A stretch of 64,000 nt of DNA from Methanocellales archaeon. Lineage in GTDB: Archaea > Halobacteriota > UBA148 > JAUWXC01. The notes under the pieces were generated by a model, which made no database searches, was not told where the DNA came from, and was given only the letters and a program-made list of their open reading frames with translations. Made by a program: the position numbers and the translations under genes. Shown in pieces: positions 58,152 through 64,000 of the stretch. The stretch spans positions 156,633-220,632 of the forward strand of contig JAUWQV010000002.1 of assembly GCA_030610945.1 (NCBI GenBank), in the 5' to 3' direction. Position 1 is the stretch's first letter. The number at the start of each line of letters is the position of its first letter.

Positions 58152-61100
58152 ATGGAACGCTTGGAAATGGATCGCAGAATAGGTAGAAGGACCATAGGAC
58201 CGTTGGTATCATTCCTAGCCTTGGCTTTTCTGCTTTTTTCCTTTTATGGAACTGCGACGCCGACATCTTTCAGCGATGGAGATGGCACCACCCCTAACAT
58301 TTTGATTATTTACAACACCAGTGGTAGCCTCGCAGGTAGTGGAGCGCCTCCAGGGACCTCCGCAGAAAACATGAACATCACCCTCTCCGATGCAGGGGGG
58401 AACGTGACCATCTGGAACATCACGGCAGAGGGAAGGCTGCCAACCCTTGCTGAAGCGAATTTCTACAACGCGACCATATATACCCAGGGAACGAGAAACC
58501 AGACCCTGAACGATGAAACAATGGCATTTTTAGATGCCTACCTGTATGGAGATGTCGGGCACCTTATCATCGAGGGGCAAAACGTCCTGAATGATGCAGG
58601 GTTGATAGAGGGCAACACGACGTTCGTCGAGAGGGTCCTTCGCTGCGACTCCAGCGATATAATCAACATAACAGATGTCGGCGTGTACACAAACTTGGGG
58701 GTCTCAGATTCCACGCATCCGATTACGTATGGGCTTACCTCTAATACCAGCACCACATACAGCATAGGACTGCAAGACGATATCCAAGCCATTCCCCCTG
58801 CCAAGATAGTCATAGACGGTGCGACTGATACCCGATCTGGCTTAGGTGCAGTCAACACATGGGAGAACACGACCACAGAGCACAGGATGGTGTACATGGC
58901 GTTCCCGTGGAATGAGAACAGCACGTACGATACCATAGACGACCAGACGTTCAGAGACGAACTCTTGATTAACTGCGTCAACTGGGTGCGGGATTTCAAC
59001 AAGCCAACGGCGAATATAACTCACCCTGCCCAGGATGCACAGCTTTCAGGCACCGCGACCGTCAATGGCACCGCATCGGACATAGATGACGGGACCGGAG
59101 TCAGGAAAGTAGAGCTCACCTGGGATAATGGCCTGAACTGGCATCTTGTCGATGGGAATACATCCTGGACATACCAGTGGCACACCGCAGCGGTTCCGAG
59201 TGCGAATTACACCTTAATCGCCAGGGCAACGGACTATGCAGGCAATTACAATGATTCTGTAGGCGTCAACGTCACCGTATACAATGCGGGCGGCGAGGCA
59301 AAGCCATACGGTCCGCCATCGATCATAGTGACCGTCAACAGATACATCATCCTCGATGACCCTGTGGCCGGCACTGAATCAACTGGATATCGAAATCCAA
59401 ATAATATTGGCTATGCTAAATGGGATGGCGAAAGCACAACCATCAGGGTGCACGTGCTTGCGATAAACAACACAGGACTGGCAGATGTCAATTTGAACGT
59501 GACATTTAAACTCAAGAAGCCTAATGCTACCGTTCTTGATACGCAATATATACTCACCGATAGCAACGGCCTTGCAAAATATTCCTATGACCTCAATGCC
59601 CAGAACCACTGGGGAGTGTGGACGGTTACCGTCAATGCCACACAATTCAATAAGACCGGCAGTGAAACGAACACGATAGAGAATACCACGTTCATCTACA
59701 ACTGGTGGGGATGCGGGGACTGCCATAGTTCTTCGTGGAAGAAAGTTGAGGACTGGGTTACACCGGTGACGCCAAATTCGCCATATACAAAGGGATATGA
59801 CAAAATGCACACGGTGGCCTGGAGACATGATCTAGACGACAATAACTGCCTAAAGTGCCACAAGTCATACGGCACCGGCTCTGCAGGATATCAAACCCCA
59901 GCAGGTCGACATAGCCAGAATAGTAGTAATCAGCAGTATTGTCAGGACTGCCATGGAACTGGTACTTATATAAGATCTCAACCTACTGGCATCCCTGACA
60001 TGCCCTCGTGTTATGCCGCGAGTTGTCATCCGCAGTATAACACTCACCCGGCAGAGATGCACACGTTGAACGACTCTATGACCGACTCTCGAGATCCACC
60101 TCAACCTCGAATGTTCTATTCTGGAGACCCGTATGATCCAAGCAAGCCCATGACCGCACACGAGCCGAGTCCGCGTACGAGTGTGCCGTGTATATCCTGT
60201 CATGGCATAGGGCACAAAATTCATTCATTCTATCCAGACGGGGCTGGAAACAACGTGACCGAACTCGAACTGTGTATCTGCTGCCATACCGGCTACGTGA
60301 ACCACAACAATGTGATTAGTTGCACAGAGGAGTGCCATTGTCAGGATGCACATAATATGTCTTATCTCAATTTTACAGGAAATCTGACGTCGGACAGGAC
60401 CCAGGCAGTGAACTGCACATCCTGTCATCAGACATCTGCGTTGCCTGCAATACATCATGGAGTGGACGTGCGCAAGCCGCTGAATCACAGCAATAACAAC
60501 AGCGGTCAGCGTTGGGGCGATTACTGGACGGATGACCTGGGGTCGTGCCTCTATTGCCATGGTGACACGATGCATACCGGATTATCGTTGGGATGGGTGA
60601 GGCGTTTCCAGGGAAACAACGTCCCGAACTCGGCCATAGACATAGAAGAGTCCAACTGGTGTGCCAGTTGCCACTGGGTAGGCTATAAAAGCGGGGATGC
60701 CAACTACACCACCATGACCGATACGTTTGAGGAAGCAGGACTCCCCCTACCGCCTGAGATCACCAATGGCACAGACTGGAACGGCATAGATAGCGGGTAC
60801 TACAATCATACGCTGGGCAATTATAATGATGAGGGATGCAAGGACTGTCACTATGACCCATTTACGACGGACAAGATGACCGAGTTCACGCACAACGTGT
60901 CCGAAGGGATAGAGGCCGATTATGATTGCGTCAGATGTCACGACCTGGGCAAGAACGCACCAGAGCACGTGGATGTTACCGTGTTGAAGACCAGTACACA
61001 TGTAGATCTGAATAAAAACGCAGTGAACGTCTCAAGGTTGACCGACGATATTGACAAAGCCTGCTGGGGGTGCCATGGTGAAGATGACAACGAAGACGGG

Positions 61101-64000
61101 CTTGCCAACGAGACCGAACAGCCCACAGGTGTGCATCCTACCAACTATGAGACGCCAAGAAATTGTCTGGATTGTCACAACAATACCGCGGCATCCAACT
61201 TTAGTGCAAAGCAGACATACGGGCACACATGGTACAGCACCAAGATAACGACGCCTGCTGTGACATGGTGTACTGACTGCCATGCCAAATCCGAGATGAT
61301 AATGCCGAACAGTGACCCGGATGAAGGCACAATCAATGCCACATCATCTCACTATGAGCGGAAAAGGACGGATTTAAAGGCTCTCATAGGCACGGACGCA
61401 TACTGCAACTACTGTCACCAGAACTCCACCACAGTATTCCCATTTGCCGTTGAAGATAATAAAACGAGAAGTGACCACGCAAGACAGAATTCTCCGCAAT
61501 GTACCAACTCCTCCTGTCATGGACCGTATGAGTTACATGAAGAAGGATTGCAAAACCCGAGATGGTTCACCGATACGAATTGTACCGAGTGCCATTCCGA
61601 GAAATTCCACAATGGCACCGTTACATGTACTGATTGTCATCTTGGAACTCCTGCTGACATACATCCAACCCACTACCTGCAACACGACGGAGTGACCTAT
61701 TCGACAGCGAAGGAGGTCGCAGCAGACTGTCATGACTGCCATGAGAGTACCAAGGCGGATGCCACGATAGGAGAGACTTCACCTCAGGTGCCTACACAAC
61801 ATCACAGCGATGATGTAACAAACGGCACGAAATGGGGCAACTATTGGAAGTATACAAAGCAGGCCACTACGTTTGTCACGAGCTATGCCAATACGACTGG
61901 AACGGTCGCTAACTTCACGAATGCCCAGAGCACCGCTACCAATTACACGACCATTGCAGAGGAGAATGTCAGCGGCGTGTACAGATATAACGTGACGTTT
62001 GACTTTACTGACGTAGTCGATTACGTCAACAAGACGCTGGAGCTCGACTACAAGATACATGGCGAGAGCTGCACGATGTTTGTGTACAACGGAACTGCCT
62101 GGAACGAGAGGGCAACGCTGTATAAAGGGGCATTTACACCTACCACCTATGAACTGACATCCGATGAGTACGTCAACGGCAACGTCTCGGTACGATTTAT
62201 CGACGAATCCCAGGCCAGCGATACCGTTGCAAGCAGCATAGACGTGAAGTATTTCTACGTTCACTCGGACACAGGATTGTTATATCCCTGTGGATATTGC
62301 CACCATCCCAATATGCACTACGAAGACGCACTGGGAATGCCATCTAGTTACAAGGGCAATAACATCGAAAATCAATCGATAACCGCCGGCAACTGGTGTG
62401 CAGGCTGCCATTACCAAAGCTATACCAGTGGAGCCGCCACCTATGACGATACGGTGGTGGCATTCCAGAATGCCGGTTTGTCGGTACCGCCAGAAATCAC
62501 GGGAAATGCTACATATGGTGCCAATCAAAGCAATCCGGATTATTACAACCACTCTGGAATCGCTGGTTTCAATGATTCTGATTGCCATGGTTGTCATGGC
62601 TCACTTGTATCAATTGATGCAGGCACGACAAATTTCGTGCACAACGTATGTGAGGGTAAATTTGGTCCTGATTGTATATCCTGTCATGATGTTGGGAGAG
62701 ATGTTGCCAGGGTGAACGTGACTGCGATGAACCAGTCAGACTCGATTCATGCTAATGTGAATAGTGCTGCCAACGATACCACTGGAAATCTGGACAACAA
62801 GATGTGCTGGGGATGCCATCAGAGCGATGGTAGTCAGCCTGCTGCAGATCAGCATCCGGATAAGGTTAGCGATCCATACACATGCTGGGAATGTCACAAT
62901 GGTACCAGCAAGCCGTACGTGAACGTGAGCGATGCATTGAACGTCACAGAGCACTTCAGATCTGGGGAGAACATTACTGCAGTCTCTAGTGCGGATAACA
63001 ACACATGGTCATGTTTGGGGTGTCATAACAAAGATGAGATGATGGTTTCATACACAGAACCGGATGCCATAGACACTACTTTATCTCTTACTTCCCACTA
63101 TGGTAAGAAGAGGACAGACTTAAGCGATCAAGTAAATACTGACCCATATTGTAACTATTGTCACAATAATGTATCAACGGTGTTTCCGTTCGCTGTTGCA
63201 CACAAGAAAGGAATCTTCGAGCACACCGCCAATAGTACAGCAGATGTCACAAACGCCACGACTCTCTCGTGTAACAATACGAACTGCCATGCTACTGGAA
63301 GAATACACAACGACACACTAACGGTTCCCTCTGTGTCGGCCTGGACATCTGGCAAGAGTGATTACTGTGCTCCGTGTCACTCTCCTACGGACGCGATCTC
63401 TAATCTAAACATTTCCAACGAGGCACACAACACCACCCAGGCCACGATCAGCGACTGCGGCTACTGCCACAACGCCGACGTGCTGGCAACTGGCAACGCA
63501 TATCAGAATCTCCACTCCGACAATCTGACCAAAGCAGATGCAACCCATGATAACTGCAGTGAGTGCCATGTAGACACTGCATGGGTGCAACGCGAGATAT
63601 CCGAGCACACCGACAATACCAGTGCAGACATCTCCCGCTCTTATCTCACATGCGACAACAGCAGCTGTCATGCATCGAGCCAGCCACACAGCAGCTCCCT
63701 TAACAATGGATCGACATTGTCTTCTGGCTGGTCTGGTGCCTCCAACAGCGTATGTGCCCCGTGCCATGAACAGGGCGGGACCTCGATAAACGTTTACACG
63801 CACAACGTCACATGGACTGGCATCGATGACTGTGCCCAGTGCCACAACTCCGAGACACATGGTCAACCTGATGCATACCAAGACATACACTCCACCAACC
63901 TCACCGCAGGCGGCAACGCCAGCTTTAACGACTGTTACGAATGTCACCAAGATACCGGGCTCGCCTTTGTTTCAAAAACCATCCTCGAGCACACCAACGA
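58152..64000 (+). CDS. Giant secreted or signal-anchored multiheme c-type cytochrome (5' complete, 3' runs off the window)
   Basis: Hand translation finds no stop from the ATG at 58152 to the window end (1,949 codons). The nearest upstream in-frame stop is at 58086.
- N-terminus: MERLEMDRRIGRRTIGPLVSFLALAFLLFSFYG, a signal peptide or anchor.
- Heme motifs: 31 CxxCH plus 5 CX3-4CH, the first at 59712.
- Glycosylation: about 80 N-x-S/T sequons.
The ORF is absent from the track, presumably because it has no stop. Confidence 0.9.
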   Translation, partial: MERLEMDRRIGRRTIGPLVSFLALAFLLFSFYGTATPTSFSDGDGTTPNILIIYNTSGSLAGSGAPPGTSAENMNITLSDAGGNVTIWNITAEGRLPTLAEANFYNATIYTQGTRNQTLNDETMAFLDAYLYGDVGHLIIEGQNVLNDAGLIEGNTTFVERVLRCDSSDIINITDVGVYTNLGVSDSTHPITYGLTSNTSTTYSIGLQDDIQAIPPAKIVIDGATDTRSGLGAVNTWENTTTEHRMVYMAFPWNENSTYDTIDDQTFRDELLINCVNWVRDFNKPTANITHPAQDAQLSGTATVNGTASDIDDGTGVRKVELTWDNGLNWHLVDGNTSWTYQWHTAAVPSANYTLIARATDYAGNYNDSVGVNVTVYNAGGEAKPYGPPSIIVTVNRYIILDDPVAGTESTGYRNPNNIGYAKWDGESTTIRVHVLAINNTGLADVNLNVTFKLKKPNATVLDTQYILTDSNGLAKYSYDLNAQNHWGVWTVTVNATQFNKTGSETNTIENTTFIYNWWGCGDCHSSSWKKVEDWVTPVTPNSPYTKGYDKMHTVAWRHDLDDNNCLKCHKSYGTGSAGYQTPAGRHSQNSSNQQYCQDCHGTGTYIRSQPTGIPDMPSCYAASCHPQYNTHPAEMHTLNDSMTDSRDPPQPRMFYSGDPYDPSKPMTAHEPSPRTSVPCISCHGIGHKIHSFYPDGAGNNVTELELCICCHTGYVNHNNVISCTEECHCQDAHNMSYLNFTGNLTSDRTQAVNCTSCHQTSALPAIHHGVDVRKPLNHSNNNSGQRWGDYWTDDLGSCLYCHGDTMHTGLSLGWVRRFQGNNVPNSAIDIEESNWCASCHWVGYKSGDANYTTMTDTFEEAGLPLPPEITNGTDWNGIDSGYYNHTLGNYNDEGCKDCHYDPFTTDKMTEFTHNVSEGIEADYDCVRCHDLGKNAPEHVDVTVLKTSTHVDLNKNAVNVSRLTDDIDKACWGCHGEDDNEDGLANETEQPTGVHPTNYETPRNCLDCHNNTAASNFSAKQTYGHTWYSTKITTPAVTWCTDCHAKSEMIMPNSDPDEGTINATSSHYERKRTDLKALIGTDAYCNYCHQNSTTVFPFAVEDNKTRSDHARQNSPQCTNSSCHGPYELHEEGLQNPRWFTDTNCTECHSEKFHNGTVTCTDCHLGTPADIHPTHYLQHDGVTYSTAKEVAADCHDCHESTKADATIGETSPQVPTQHHSDDVTNGTKWGNYWKYTKQATTFVTSYANTTGTVANFTNAQSTATNYTTIAEENVSGVYRYNVTFDFTDVVDYVNKTLELDYKIHGESCTMFVYNGTAWNERATLYKGAFTPTTYELTSDEYVNGNVSVRFIDESQASDTVASSIDVKYFYVHSDTGLLYPCGYCHHPNMHYEDALGMPSSYKGNNIENQSITAGNWCAGCHYQSYTSGAATYDDTVVAFQNAGLSVPPEITGNATYGANQSNPDYYNHSGIAGFNDSDCHGCHGSLVSIDAGTTNFVHNVCEGKFGPDCISCHDVGRDVARVNVTAMNQSDSIHANVNSAANDTTGNLDNKMCWGCHQSDGSQPAADQHPDKVSDPYTCWECHNGTSKPYVNVSDALNVTEHFRSGENITAVSSADNNTWSCLGCHNKDEMMVSYTEPDAIDTTLSLTSHYGKKRTDLSDQVNTDPYCNYCHNNVSTVFPFAVAHKKGIFEHTANSTADVTNATTLSCNNTNCHATGRIHNDTLTVPSVSAWTSGKSDYCAPCHSPTDAISNLNISNEAHNTTQATISDCGYCHNADVLATGNAYQNLHSDNLTKADATHDNCSECHVDTAWVQREISEHTDNTSADISRSYLTCDNSSCHASSQPHSSSLNNGSTLSSGWSGASNSVCAPCHEQGGTSINVYTHNVTWTGIDDCAQCHNSETHGQPDAYQDIHSTNLTAGGNASFNDCYECHQDTGLAFVSKTILEHTN

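Noticed and set aside
58054-63950. About 20 minus-strand ORFs of 60-181 aa listed in the track across the last 6 kb
   Set aside because: All are antisense to one continuous plus-strand reading frame with a strong, repeated protein signature (CxxCH motifs, sequons, duplicated modules). Their sequences are low-complexity mirror images rich in Val, His, Cys and Arg, with no motifs. I treat them as artefacts.

Overview
This is a chromosomal segment from an archaeon, most likely a euryarchaeon. It resembles Methanosarcinales, ANME-2 or Methanoperedens, but this is inferred from gene content only because no search could be run. The supporting markers are thermosome, proteasome beta subunit, aCPSF1/FttA, TFE, RPA, archaeal SAM synthetase, glycerol-1-phosphate dehydrogenase, TiaS, aTrm56, CofD (F420), DmrX and DHPS-like genes (H4MPT), and the AcnX/UbiD/UbiX branch of the archaeal mevalonate pathway. 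About 75 protein genes are dense on both strands. There are two tRNA genes: tRNA-Tyr with a 41-nt canonical-position intron, and tRNA-Asp. I saw no rRNA, CRISPR array, transposase or integrase.

The housekeeping backbone is interrupted by several visibly AT-rich islets:
- an orphan gene at about 17.3-18.2 kb
- a Fic gene at about 32.1-33.1 kb
- a RelE pair, a structured RNA-like element, a Zn-ribbon/Vsr-like nuclease and an HExxH protein at about 36.3-38.9 kb

A stretch rich in toxin-antitoxin genes lies at 51-58 kb, with two VapBC pairs, an MqsA-like pair and a HEPN/MNT pair.

The most striking feature is not in the supplied ORF track because it runs off the window. A plus-strand ORF runs from 58152 to the window end (over 1,949 codons with no stop). 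It encodes a signal-anchored giant multiheme c-type cytochrome. By eye it has 31 CxxCH motifs, 5 extended CX3-4CH motifs, about 80 N-glycosylation sequons and internally duplicated multi-heme modules. It is a candidate extracellular electron-transfer conduit.

Other points worth a second look are a roughly 160-nt G+C-rich element with two nested three-way junctions at 36922-37080, a phased array of four 12-nt repeats upstream of the thermosome TATA box, and a cdrS-ftsZ unit with an inverted-repeat operator. All family assignments come from motif recognition by eye. No database search was run.
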